A DNA stretch of 64,000 nucleotides. It comes from Squalus acanthias. Lineage: Eukaryota. Shown piece by piece: positions 37,395 to 49,970 of the stretch (within the stretch, counting starts at the first letter, position 1; the number at the start of each line of letters is the position of its first letter). Below the pieces are notes generated by a model. That model was not told the origin of the DNA. It saw nothing but the letters and a program-made list of their open reading frames with translations, and searched no databases. Position numbers and translations under genes: made by a program. The DNA lies in the NCBI GenBank assembly GCA_030390025.1, contig CM059431.1, positions 105,588,001 to 105,652,000 on the forward strand, in the 5' to 3' direction.

Positions 37395-37897
37395 ATAGTC
37401 CTATGAGGAGAGATTGAGTGGACTAGGCCTATATTCTCTAGAGTTTAGAAGAATGAGAGGTGATTTCACTGAAACATACAAAATTCTTACAGGGCTGGAC
37501 AGGGTGGATGCAGGGAGGATGTTTCCCCTGGCTGGGGAGTCTAGAATCAGGGGTCACAGTCTCAGAATAAGGGGTCAGCCATTTTAGGACTGAGATGAGG
37601 AGAAATTTCTTCACTCAGAGGGTGGTGAATCTTTGGAATTCTCTACCCCAGAGGGCTGTGGAGGCTCAGTCGTTGAGTATATTCACGACAGAGATCCATA
37701 GATTTTTGAATATTAAGGGAAGCAAGGGATATGAGGATAAGAAATAAGAAATAGGAGCAGGAGTAGACCAATCGGCCCCTCGGGATAATGCAGGAAAGTG
37801 GAGATGAGGTAGAAGATCAGCCAAGATCTTATTGAATGGCGGAGCAGGCTCGAAGGGCCAAATGGCCGACTCCTGCTCCTATTTCTTATGTTCTTAT
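37395..37897 (+). mobile_element. CR1 3' fragment containing a short inverted CR1 tail
   Basis: CR1 homology; reverse tail at 37737-37782 between ggataa repeats. Confidence 0.8.
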
Positions 37898-38110
37898 GCT
37901 AGGCAGAAAAGGCTAAACTTAGCCTCCGGAGCAGAATATTACTCCTTAAGGGCCAAACTCGGGATACTTTTGCATTCTGGGCCTACAAGGAGTCGAACCT
38001 GAAACAGCCAACCATTTATTTCACACGGGACTCTTATAAAAGGAGGAGATTTTCATCCCATCGGCCCTTGTTGGATTTGAACCCAGAGATGACCGAGGCC
38101 GTGTGCTATT

Positions 38111-38650
38111 GGCCTGGAATTTGCAGTCAGCGGCAATGCGACGGCTGACCTCGAAGAAAGCTGCCTGCAGAGATCTCGAGAGCGTCCTCGGCGTGTAATT
38201 GATTGTAGCGCTGTCAATAGGGGATTCTTAACGGAGTGCAGCTGTGACGTCATCACGCTGTCTGTGCAGCCAATCACATTGAAGAATTCTCACAGACAGC
38301 AAACCAGGAAATTAAAAACGCTGATTATCTGCATTTTTAAAAAATGTTAGAGAATGAAATAAAGATTGGGGGTTGCACATGGGACTAAGGTAGAAGCTGA
38401 AATATCATGAATAAACTTAAAAAATATATATATTTTTTAAATTGTAAATTTTAACATAATTGAAGAAATTTGACATTCCACAATTCCACAGCGCAGCCAG
38501 TGTCGGAGCAGTGAATGATCGACCGCAACTTCAGGATTTCTGTGTCTCGATGCGCATGCGCTACATCCTGAAGTTGCGGTCAGTTTCAGAGGGGTAATAA
38601 CGGCGAACGCTGACAGTTTCACCGTCATTACCCACCGCAAAATCCGGGTC
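38111..38650. mobile_element. MITE
   Basis: TIRs ggcctggaatttgcagt..aatg / catt..ccgcaaaatccgggtc. Confidence 0.55.
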
Positions 38651-39368
38651 ACTGTCTACTGCAATCCCCGATCTCCTATTTATTGCAATCCCTGATTTAC
38701 TGTAATCCCAGAAACCCTTTCTTGCCTGTTCATACCCTTACTCCCACCAATTTAGATGCGTCAAGATTTGGCTGGGCAATGGAGAGTAAACCCTCGCAAT
38801 GATAAAAATGAAAAGGAAGCAGGAATGCTGAAAAGAATGGCTCCATTCTAAATTTCAAAACGACCTAATTTTGCTGCTTTTATGGTCACTTGCACAAGAC
38901 CAGTCCCTTGGGGATATGTCAATGAGGTTGCAGTGGTTCTCCAGAGATTCCAATATAGTCTTTGCATCTAATGAGGTTAAGTGTAATTTACAACCAACTC
39001 CTTAAAACAATGGGGATTAAAAAAGAAAGATATATTTAGACATGACTTGCGCTGATAAATTGCTGTCTATGTTCCTTTTACTGAATGGGCAATCCATTCA
39101 ATTGTTACAAATGACATGGGTCCTCATCTGGGACTTCCTTGGAGTTCAACCCTGCAGGAGACATGGCAAGAAAAATCTAATGAAGGGATAATTCTGTGCC
39201 AATACTGAAAGCCCTGTGACTTAGCAGGAGCCCAAACTGCAATGCTACACTCAAAGACAAACTAACAGCAAAGAGATCCGTCAATCTGAGCTCAGCTACA
39301 AGAAGGTATAGGGCAACAGTTACGTGACTTCAGTTGTAATGCACATTCCTGGTTGATCCAAGCGTCCG

Positions 39369-39409
39369 AGAGTTCTGACGAAAGGTCATCGACCTGAAAC
39401 GTTAACTCT
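39369..39409 (+). ncRNA. Minimal type I hammerhead ribozyme motif in a Penelope-like pLTR (element extends to about 39480)
   Basis: Stem I AGAGUU/AACUCU, core CUGACGA, stem II AGGUC-auc-GACCU, then GAAA-CG-UU. Confidence 0.7.
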
Positions 39410-39559
39410 GGGTTTTTTTTCTCTCCACAGGTGCTGCCTGACCTACTAGTATTTCCAGCATTTACTGTTTTTATTTCACAGAACCTACCTTATTGTATCT
39501 CGACTTAAAATACTCAAAATGATGCTGTTGTGTGCCTTATGCCTTAGTTCTAACTTCAA

Positions 39560-40008
39560 AAGAAAAAACAACTTCCATTTATATACCGCCGTTTATGACC
39601 AAAGCGCTTTACAGCCAATGAAATATTTTTTCAAGTGTAGTCACTGTTGTAATGTAGGAAACGCAGCAGCCAATCTGCGCACAGCAAGCTCCCACAGACA
39701 GCAATGTGATAATGACCAGATAATCTGTTTTTAGTGATGTTGATTGAGGGATAAATATTGGCCCCAGGACACCAGGGAGAACTCCCCTGCTCTTCTTCAA
39801 AATAGTGTCATGGGAACTTTTACGTCGACCTGAGAGAGAAGATAGGGTTTCAGTTTAATGTCTCGTCTGAAAGACAGCACCTCCAACAGTGCAGCACTCC
39901 CTCAGCACTGCAATGGAGTGTCAGCCTATATTTTTGTGCTCTAGTCTCTGGAGTGGGACCTGAACCCACAACCTTCTGACTCAGAGGCGAGTGTGCTACT
40001 GACTGACA
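39560..40008 (-). mobile_element. Deu-domain SINE
   Basis: Homology to 43251-43722. Confidence 0.85.
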
Positions 40009-40269
40009 CGTAGTACAAATTCTAAGTGGATCACCTGCATTCCTGCTCTCTGGTGTAACCTGGAGAATATACACGCAGAGCATTTGCTGAGCGTGCACAT
40101 CTTCTGTTGGATTCATGAATCTGTTATGAGGGAGGTTGACTGTAGTGAGTTGTTGGAATGCTGCCCATCAACTACTGACCATAATCATCACATGTCCAAG
40201 TACAAAAAGTAAAGTCAGACAGCGAGCACAATCAAACAGGGGGAAATAGAACTTGGAATCAATGTTACA

Positions 40270-40765
40270 TGCAGTTCTGGGCACCATTATAGAAAGGATA
40301 ATGGAGCCATGAAAAGGGTACAGTAAAGATTAACTATAATAATAATATCAGAAATGAGAGGTTATAATCATGAAGAAAGGATCAACAAATGGGAGATTTT
40401 TTTCGCTCAAATGGAGTTCATTAAGGGGGGGGGGGGAATCTGATAGTTTTCAAAATTATAACAGGTTTTGTGGGTGTAAATTGTGAAAAATTGCTTTCAC
40501 TGATTGGAGAATCAGTAACAAGGGGATGTGGATTTAGGATTATCACTAAAAGAATGAGAAGGGAAGTTAGAACAATGTTCTTCAGACAGAGAGGGATTTT
40601 CTACCACAGGTGGCAATTGAGGTGGAGACGATAATGGCATCTAAAATAAGAATTGTTCAAATATTTGAAAAGGAAGAATTTAAAATGATGCAAGGAAAGG
40701 GCAGGGAAATAGGATTAGAGTGAAGAGGGGCGAAAAGCCTCCGTCTGTGCTGTAACTTCTACGAT
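40270..40765 (+). mobile_element. Old, degenerate CR1 3' fragment
   Basis: gcagttctgggcacca..tagaaaggata and the acaagggga motifs. Confidence 0.55.
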
Positions 40766-41349
40766 CAAAATAAACGCGACAGGAAATAATGCAGAAAAAT
40801 AAACTTACTGATGCAAGAATTATTAATTATTATAAAAGCAAGGGGAGTGAGCGGTGGTGAAAGCAACAGACAACCATGGAGAACAGAGATAAAAAAAAAC
40901 AATGAAAACATTTTTTAAAAAACGAATAGCACGTCAATCAGCACCTGAAAGACTGCGTTCGGAACATAGGAGCAGGTGGAGGCCATTCAGCCGCTCGAGC
41001 CTGTGCCACTATTCAATGAGCTCCCGGCTGATCTGTAGTTCAGCCTAGCAAAAAGAAGTAAAACACTTCCCCTATCGGCAGGTGCTGCTCAACTGCCAAT
41101 GGGGGTCATTTTCACCGTCACCACTTGGGTGATAAACTGACGGAGGGAGATAGCGCCCACCCCACCACCGTTATAGAACCCACCCAATTTTAACTTCCAG
41201 TGAAATGAACGGAAAGAAAAATCAGGCAGGTTCTTTAACATGCAGGTGAAAATTATCCCCAATATATTTCAAAATTTGACAATTCAACAACAACTTTCAT
41301 TTATATAGCGCCTTTAACATAGTTAAATGTCCCAAAACGCTTCAGTATT

Positions 41350-41720
41350 TACCGCATCTCAGATCATATCCACTGCCATTTTTTCCAGACGGCAGCTGCT
41401 GCCGATGATTCTGCCATTCCCAGTTACACCTCCTCTAGACCCATCTTTTGCTTCTTTACCTGACCCATTACCATCTCCTTTCGCCTTGCACCGTCATCCC
41501 TATTGTCTCCTGCCTTCCAGCCTATCGCCGACCTTCCCTTTTGTTCTTTCCTCCCCTCCTCCACTTTCCCTGCCTCTGCACTTGCTTAAAACCTGTTACA
41601 TCTCTAACTTTTTCCAGTTCTGACGAAAGGTCACAGATCTGAAACGTTAACTTTGTTTCTCTCTCCACAGATGCTGCCTGTCCTGCTGAGTATTTCCAGC
41701 ATTCTCTGTTTATATTTCAG
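41350..41720 (+). mobile_element. Penelope-like pLTR with hammerhead motif at 41620-41650
   Basis: ttccagttctgacgaaaggtcacagatctgaaacgttaac followed by the family tail. Confidence 0.7.
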
Positions 41721-41829
41721 TAATTCAATCGCATCTTGAGAATAATGAGGGACAGACGGAAAGAATTAGAGTGAGTAAAATAAATCTAGGACACTGCACT
41801 TCAGCTATGCTTGACTGCGACTATTCCAC

Positions 41830-42110
41830 ATAGTCTAAAAATTAGAGCCAGACCTTTCTGGAGTGAAATTAGGAAACACTTCTACACACAAAGGGTGGTA
41901 GATGTTTGGAACTCTCTTCCGCAAACCAGCAATTGATGCTAGATCAATTGTTCATTTTAAATCGGAGATTGATTGCTTTTTGTTAACCAAAGGTATTAAG
42001 GGATATGTGTCAAAGGCGGGTACATGGAGTGAGGTCACAGCTCAGCCATGATCTCATTGAATGGCGGAACAGGCTCGAGGGGCTGAATGGCCGCCTCCTG
42101 TTCCTATGTT
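41830..42110 (+). mobile_element. CR1 3' fragment
   Basis: Close to 33640-33918. Confidence 0.8.
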
Positions 42111-42539
42111 CCACACAATGCTGTGCCATTAACATTTTAGATTCATAGGAAGAGGGAAAAGAAGCTAAACTTATGTTTTCAATTTTATGGGGTTAACTTT
42201 ACAAAAGGTATTTCTCTCGCAGACTGACATCAGGAAGCAGCTGAACACTTTTTGATTGACTCTATTTACTTAGTTTGTATCAATGAAGCTGCAGCCTGTT
42301 GTGACAGATCAGTTAATACTTTCCTGTGCGATATTCTCTTTTTTCTGCTGATGTGAAATTTCCCCACTGGGGTCTATTAAAATATTAATGTCTTCGGAAT
42401 AAATCTGTTACTGGCACACGTTCTTAAATGTGTACGATGGGTTTTAAGTGTTTAAGCAAGAGCACAGAATCTTAGAACGGGATATAGGTACATTTCAGCA
42501 TTTCACATGTATTGACCCAGCACAATGCTACAAAAATTT

Positions 42540-43180
42540 ATAAAGTGCCGTTCACAACCTCAGGATGTTCCGATGCGCTTTACAGCCAATTAAGTACTTT
42601 TGAAGTGTAGTTACTGTTGTAATGTAGGACATGATGCGGAGATGCTGGTGTTGGACTGGGGTGGACAAAAGTGAGAAGTCGCACAACACCAGGTTATAGT
42701 CCAACAGTTTTATTTGAAATCACAAGCTTTCGGAGCTGCTGCCCCTTCGTCAGGTGAAGTGAAGGAATACGAATCGGCAAAGCATATATAGACAGAGAAC
42801 AATGCCTGTGTAGCGTACAATGTCAGACGACTACAGTTAATCTTTCTGACTGCCTTTTATCACATGTAGGAAACGCGGCAGCCAATTTGCACACAGCAAG
42901 CTCCCACATACAGCAATGTGATAATGACCTGTTATAGTGATTGAGGGATAAATATTGGCCAGGACACTGGGGAGAACTCTTTGAAATAGTGCCACGCAAT
43001 CTTTAACAACCACCTGAGAGGGCATTTGAGGCCACAGTCTAAAAGACATCACCTCCGACTGTGCCGCATTCCCTCAGAACTGCACTAGAGTGTAAGCCTG
43101 GACAATATGCTTAAGTTTCTGTAGTGGGATGCGAACCATCTGACACAGAGACAAGAGTGCTACCCACTGAGCCACAGGTG
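42540..43180 (-). mobile_element. Deu-domain SINE interrupted by a Penelope-like insertion
   Basis: SINE resumes after 42864. Confidence 0.75.
42630..42863 (-). mobile_element. Penelope-like pLTR fragment with hammerhead motif (about 42725-42755)
   Basis: Homologous to the 31161 family; TSD atgtagga (42622-42629, 42864-42871). Confidence 0.75.
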
Positions 43181-43250
43181 AAACTTGATGCAATATAACA
43201 AAATTTACTGGTACAAATGATCTATTCAAGAAACAAATTATAACCAAATT

Positions 43251-43722
43251 GTCAGCTGTGGCTCAGTGGGTAGCACCCTCGCCTCTGACTCAGAAGGTTT
43301 GTGGGTTCAAGTCCCACTTCAGGGACTTGAGCACATAAAGCTAGGCTGACACTCCCAGTGCAGTGCTGAGGGAGTGCTGCACTGTCGGAGGTGCCGTCTT
43401 TCAGATGAGACGTTAAACCGAGGCCCCGTCTGCCCTCGCAGGTGGACGTAAAAGATCCCACGGCACTATTTTGAAGAAGAGCAGGGAGAGTTATCCCCAG
43501 TGTCCTGGGCCAATATTTATCCCTCAATCAACATCATGAAAACAGATTATCTGGTCATTATCGCATTGCTGTTTGTGGGAGCTTGCTGTGTGCAAATTGG
43601 CTGCTGCATATCCCACATTACAACAGTGACTCCACTTCAAATAAGTCTTTAATTGGCTGTAAAGCGCTTTGAGACATCCGGTGGTCGTGAAAGGCGCTAT
43701 ATAAATGCAACTCTTTCTTTCT
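43251..43722 (+). mobile_element. Full-length tRNA-derived Deu-domain SINE (SacSINE1-like)
   Basis: Box A tggctcagtggg, box B ggttcaagtcc, core gtcggaggtgccgtctttcagatgagacgttaaaccgagg, tail gcgctatataaatgcaa(cttt)n. Confidence 0.85.
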
Positions 43723-44405
43723 TTTATATTTTGTTCATTTTCAAAGAATGGAAGATGGAATATCAATCATAGGAGTACATGAAAGATTGAGTGACTGTGG
43801 ATAGTACATGTGGGTGACAGGATAAGTGGGGAACTGTCTGAGCATAGGACAAAATGAGAATTACTGTTTGGGTGATTGAGCAGAGAGGGACCTGCATTCA
43901 ACCAAAGACTATCTAACATTTTTTTCAGTGCTTGCGTTATCTGTAATGAACAAATCATGTGCACATCAATAAAAATATGCAACAAAAGGAGGATTGCGGA
44001 TGGGTGGGAGAGTATTGCTGGGCAGGATTCCAATCTAGGAGTTAGGAAGCCATCACAAATTATGAGATGGAAACTGAAGGAGTGCGTTATTCATCTACGT
44101 CCTAAGAATGAATTACTGCTAACCATCCAGTATTTCTACGTAATATATGGGTTTTTTTTGCACTGTGTGACCATTACTTTGCCTCCATACATTAAATCAT
44201 AGGAAGTGTACATTGGCTCACCATGTTGTTTGGGATGAAGATTCATGAACTTTGCGTGCAGTGTCACGCGACCAGTCTTAATTGCTGAGGAGCACAAAAT
44301 CCAGGTCAACACTCCCAGTGCCAGTACTGAGGGAGGGCTGCACTGTCGGAGGTGCTGTCTTTCAGATGAGACGTTAAATCGAGGGCCCTCTCAGCTGAAC
44401 ATAAA

Positions 44406-45298
44406 GGGGGAAAAATTCAGTTGGTTGCGCCTCCCGTTAGCGCCTTAAGAGGGCGCTAATGGGGCGCAAAGCATCTAGCGCCCAGGCGCGGCGAAGTTTG
44501 CGCCGCTCGCGAAATTAACTAGACATTTTGCAGCGGCGCTAAACACTACCGCCACGATCTCCTGCGCCGGCAGATCATGACGTCACTCGAGTGCGCAACG
44601 CCCCGGTATCGCCCCGGAGCGGATATTGAGTGGCGCCCCCTGCCTTACCGCCTGACGCTAGCAACGACAGGTTGAGGGGAGCGCTCTGCAGTCATGAAGG
44701 GAAAGGGGGAGCGCTATTTAAAGGTGACCGCTTCCTGCCTTTTATTGTTGGTGCCATTTTTGAACTACGCATTCTGAGAGAGAGAGGGAGAGACTGCTGG
44801 AGAGATTCAACGTTGTGTGAAGGAGTTTTGGGTACTGAGCAGTACTTTGCAGGTTCATTTTGATTTGCCATTCCTTGTATCGATTTAGCAGAGATTGTGG
44901 GGGCTGCACTCTGAGCTCTTTGCCTGGTACTCTCCATTGTTCTTTCCAGCACATTTGATGTGCAGGTCTCTCCAGGCTGAGATTCAAGGCTGCAATGAGC
45001 AGGATGTGGATGGAAAGCAAGATTAACCATCCCCTTTAAGAACTGGCCCGTGCCATTGTGTGTGTGTTCCATTGCTGACTGACATTACATGAGCTTCGCC
45101 AGTGCTCTGAGGTAGCGCCTCGCTCCTCGGCCTTTGCGCCTTAAGACAGGTGTGAAGCGCCTGATTTAGCGCTCCAATCACCTCCAGGGGCGATAAAAGT
45201 CAAGTTTGCAGTCGGTGGCGATAATTAGCGCCAGGCGCTAATCTTTGCGCCCGGCCGATAATTGCGCCCCAAATGGGGCGATACTGAATTTCTCCCCC
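44406..45298 (-). mobile_element. GC-rich ~890-bp MITE (Harbinger-like) inserted in a SINE
   Basis: TIRs gggggaaaaattcagt / actgaatttctccccc; 3-bp AAA duplication; the SINE spans 44303-46240 around it. Confidence 0.8.
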
Positions 45299-45470
45299 AA
45301 AAGATCTCACAGCCACTATTGGAAAAAGAGCAGGGGGAGTTATCCCCAGTGTCCTGGGCCAATATTTATGGCTCAACCAACATCACTAAAAGCAGATTAT
45401 CTGCTCATCATCACATTGCTGTTTGTGGGAGCTTGCTGTGTGCAAATTGGCTGCCACATTTCCTGCATTA

Positions 45471-46135
45471 CCTGGGGGTCACCAATGACCAGAAACTTAA
45501 CTGGACCAGCCACATAAATACTGTGGCAACAAGAGCAGGTCAGAGGCTAGGTATTCTGCGGCGAGTGTCTCACCTCCTGACTCCCCAAAGCCTTTCCACC
45601 ATCTACAAGGCACAAGTCAGGAGCGTGATGGAATACGCTCCACTTGCCTGGATGAGTGCAGCTCCAACAACACTCAAGAAGCTTGACACCATCCAGGACA
45701 AAGCAGCCTGCTTGATTGGTACCTCATCCACCACCTTAAACATTCATTCCCTCCACCATTGGCGTACCGTGGCTCCAGTGTGTACCATCTACAAGATGCA
45801 CTGCAGCAACTCGCCAAGGCTCCTTCGGCAGCACCTCCCAAATGCGCGACCTCTTCCACCTAGAAGGACAAGGGCAGCAGGCGCATAGGAACACCACCAC
45901 CTCCAAGTTCCCCTCCAAGTCACATACCATCCTGACTTGGAAATATATCGGCCGTTCCTTCATCGGCGCTGGGTCAAAATCCTGGAACTCCCTCCCTTAC
46001 AGCATTGTGAGAGTACCTTCACCACACGGACTGCAGCGGTTCAAGAAGGTGGCTCACCTTCACCATCTCAAGGTCAATTAGGGATGGGCAATAAATGCTC
46101 GCCTTGCCAGCGACGCCCACATCCCATGAACAAAA
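45471..46135 (+). mobile_element. LINE second family, 3' fragment inserted in the same SINE
   Basis: LGVTNDQKLNWTSHI..KAQVRSVMEY. Confidence 0.85.
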
Positions 46136-46529
46136 AAAACCAGTGACAACACTCCAAAAGTACTTTATTGGCTGTAAAGCGCTTTGGGATATCCTGAAGT
46201 TGTGAAAGGCGCTATAGAAATGCAAGTCTTTTTTTCTTTCTCTTTTATTTGATCCTGTACTGATGAACATCGAGTTACCTTCTGCATATCTATCAGTCTA
46301 TGTGATTGGTTTGCGCACCTGTTTAATTTAATTAGGCGTGCTGTGAGCACATCTTGTTCTGTATACATTCTGGCCTTGTATATGTTCCAAAAATGAAAGA
46401 CATAAAGTAACGGCCACAGTAGTAATAAAAATACACAAAACTGAACCAGTATCACGGTTTGGATAACAGGCCAAATTTCAGCTAGTGTGAGCAGTATAAA
46501 ATATGACCATTGTCACAATCTACATTATG

Positions 46530-47870
46530 GGAACGGTAGCATAGTGGTTATGTTACTGGACTAGTAATCCAGAGGCCTGGACTAATGATCCCTGAGACAG
46601 GAGTTCAAATCCCACCATGGCATCTAGGGAATTTAAATACAGTTTATTAAATAAATCTGGAATAAAAAACTCAAGTGCGATCGTACCTTTCGGTGCAAGT
46701 TGGGAGCGGGTCAGCTGACTTGCGGGTTCCAATCCCGACGCACAGACGTTATTTTGCGCCAATTGGCCTTGTTAAGCCCGCCCTGCGGGCTTGCCGGCCA
46801 ATTAAGAGAAAGCCAGTGTCAGATGACGTCAGTTGATGACGCGTCATCTGCCGGTTTTCTTAAAGGGGACACGCTCATTTTTGAAGGACAAATGATTTTT
46901 CAGTGTTTGACAGCAGTGAGGTGCTGCAAACACTGACAATCACTGTACAAAGGTGAGCCCTTGCCCTAGGCTCTCCAGAGACTCTCCTCTTAGGATAAAA
47001 CAGATGGCAGCTGCAGGTGAGGTTACAGAAGCGATCTGTCACTGGTGAGAGGGGTTCTCCCAATGAGGTTGTACTACACAAACACTTCAAACCTTATTAT
47101 CTACAGGATAGTCTAAATACATTAAAAATGACTTCCCCAGCATTTCCTTACCTCTGAAACTCACCAGTGTACCATTGGATCCTTCACACCACTTCTGCAG
47201 CTGTCATCAATGAAGAAACATTACAGTAGACTCACAACAAGCCACACTTACCTGGCGTGGTGTCCAGACGTCGGGAAGCCCGCAGTCGACATGGCAAAGT
47301 TGAAAAAAGCCTCTTAACTGCCTGTTAACTACCTGTTAACAGGCAGTTAAGTGCCTATAATCCTCTTCCCGCTGCTCGGTGTCGGGTCCCTGCACAAATC
47401 AGGGACCCGACACCTGGGAAGATTGTATGGAGGTGGGTTAGAAGCGGGTTCGGGACCGGCTGTCAATCTTTGCAATTTTGCCAGCAGTCCCGCCTCCAAA
47501 CCCGCCCCCTGAGTGCTGGCAAAATTCCCCCCCCCGCCCCTAATATCAGTAATGTTGATCCATGAAACTACCAGGTTGTCGTAAAAACCCATCTGGTTCA
47601 CTAATGTCCTTTAGGGAAGGAAATCTGCCGTCCTTACCTGGCCTACATGTGACTCCAGACCCACAGAAATGTAGTTGACTCTAAAATGCCCTCGGAAATG
47701 GCCGAGCCAGCCACTCAGTTGTACCAAACCGCTATGACAAAGACCACTGTGGGAGCACCTTCACCACACGGACTGCAGCAGTTCATGAAGGCGGCTCACC
47801 ACCACCTTCTCGAGGGTAATTAGGGATGGGCAATAAATGCTGGCCCGCATTCTGTAAATTAATAAAAATA
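46530..47870 (+). mobile_element. Second tRNA-derived SINE family with LINE-derived tail, interrupted by a MITE (about 46670-47530)
   Basis: Head tagcatagtggtta..gttcaaatcc, body aaaaacccatctggttcactaatgtcc, tail attagggatgggcaataaatgc; copies at 49968-50225 and 55580-55858. Confidence 0.7.
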
Positions 47871-49139
47871 ATTAAAAAGCTGGGTGGAGACCCTGCTATC
47901 TAGTTTCACATAAAGACCCTAATAGATAATAGTCTTTCAGTCTAGCTAGAATCAAACGCAGAACCCAGAGGTGAAATGATACTCTGGTCCCCCAAACAAC
48001 TTTGCACAAAGTCCCTTCACCTCCTTTTCCAAAAATTATACTTCATCGATGCACAATGTTTAAAATGTATCAAAAGAATTACATGAAGTATCTATTCGAT
48101 AAAATATTTCTATTGCCTATGGGATGAAATCACACAATTATTAGCATGCAAATGCTTCACTTCCTCAATATCAAATTCCTTTGCCCGCTATTTTAAGGGA
48201 GACATTAACCGTTTTGTTTTAATTGGGTCAATGGCTTCATTATAATAGCCTTCCTATGCTAATGTCACACTGTATGATTTCTCCCCGCCAGAGGTATAAA
48301 ATATTAACTAAAACAGATAAAACTGGGATGCATTAGTGAAGATTTTCATCTGACCGAACCCATTCTTTCAGGTTTCTAAATCAGTTTACCCAAGCCACTT
48401 TTTTTTATCTGGCTGAACTTGGCTGAATTACATTCACCCTCATCAATAAAATAAAACTGAACCGAAGCAAGATAAATATTGCAAACATCAATGCATTATT
48501 TCTCATGTGGTTGCGGGCTGCATTGAACAGAATAAGTTAACACAGTCATTTAGCAAAAGGCAGCGCGGGGGCAGATATATAATGGTAACAGTGGGAAGCA
48601 AAAGCTAAGCCCAGGTAAAGAAGACCTCACGCAAACTTTAAGGTTATGAAGGTTTTACTTATGAATGTGCATCCCACTGTCATCCATTGTGCATGGTGCA
48701 GATAGATCATTAAAAGTATGCTATTTTATTGGCTGGCAAGCAAGCACAAATCTTTGATTCAGTTCCCGGTTCTAAAAATGTAATTTGAATTTGAAAAGCA
48801 ATGCTGTGCACATTCTTAAAAGGATTACACCTAACAAAATATCTACTAATAGCCATAAACACACAGGGTTCTCTTCTTGGATAGAAGATTTCTATCCAAT
48901 TAAAGCATTCAGCCTTTTATTTCGTGCCCTGCTCCTACCCTTAACATCCATTTATTATTACAGAGCGAGAAATGAAAATGTAATTTTTGAAGCTTTTTTT
49001 CCTCTACTCCCCTCAGTGGAATGATTAAAGTTCGAATAGGTTTTATGTTGTAGACCCATCCTCCCAGGTAATAAAAGGTGAAGAAAGTGTCAGGAGAAAG
49101 TTGTTAGCTGCAGAAAGTAATTCTGCTTCAGGCAGTTGG

Positions 49140-49625
49140 AGATAAAAACAGAAAATGCTGGAAATACTCCACAGGTCAGGCAGCATCTTTTGAGAGAGCG
49201 AGAAACAAAAGTTAACATTTCAGTTCGTTGACCTTTCATCAGAACTGGGCGTTGAGCGTGGATCTCAGGAAAGGGCGAGAGCAGTGGTTCGAGGAACGCT
49301 GAATATCACGGCGATATCCGTAATCGTGGGTGGATCCAAAGCATGAAGGATGGAACTTCAATTGGAATCCACGCGGAATAAGTCGGAGCCAGAGACAATT
49401 GCTGAGGAAAGTGATGTGGTTGTGAAAGCGAGTTTTGGTAGACACCCCTGATCAAGCACGAGAAGGGAGACAGAAAGCAATGAAGGTGAACAAGGTAAAG
49501 GAGACAAACAGAATCCCGTCGGAGAGAAGAGCAGAACTTCTTCAGGGTGGACATTGCTGGAAGAGAAGTGGCAGTGAATTAAACAAAAAAAACAAAAGCA
49601 AAATACTGCGGACACTGGAACTCTG
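49140..49625 (-). mobile_element. Penelope-like element fragment: ORF N-terminus joined to pLTR
   Basis: KTRFHNHITFLSNCLWLRLIPRGFQLKFHPS between pLTR sequences; degenerate hammerhead at about 49210-49245. Confidence 0.65.
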
Positions 49626-49779
49626 AGGGTTTTGTTTCTGTTTTGTTTTTGTTTTAGGTAGGTTAAGAATTGAGTGGATCACCATGACTGCAACAGTATG
49701 CTCAATAAGGAGAGTAAGAGAACATACAACTACTTCAAGTAAAGGGACAACCCTTGCCGGATTATTTGAAATAGGCTTG

Positions 49780-49970
49780 CGTCAGCTGTGGCTCAGTTGG
49801 TAGCACACTCGCCTCTGAATCAAAAGGTTGTGGGTTCAAGTCCCACTCCAGAGACTTGAGGGAGCGCTGCACTGTCGGAGGTGCGTCTTTCGGATGAGAC
49901 TTTAAACCAAGGCTCCCTCAGGTGGATGTAAAAGATCCCATGGCACTATTTCGAAGAAGAGCAGAGGAGT
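49780..49970 (+). mobile_element. Deu-domain SINE, 5' part with deletions
   Basis: tRNA head and core. Confidence 0.8.

Noticed and set aside
43251..43325. tRNA gene
   Set aside because: It is the tRNA-derived head of a SINE, continuous with the SINE core and repeated many times
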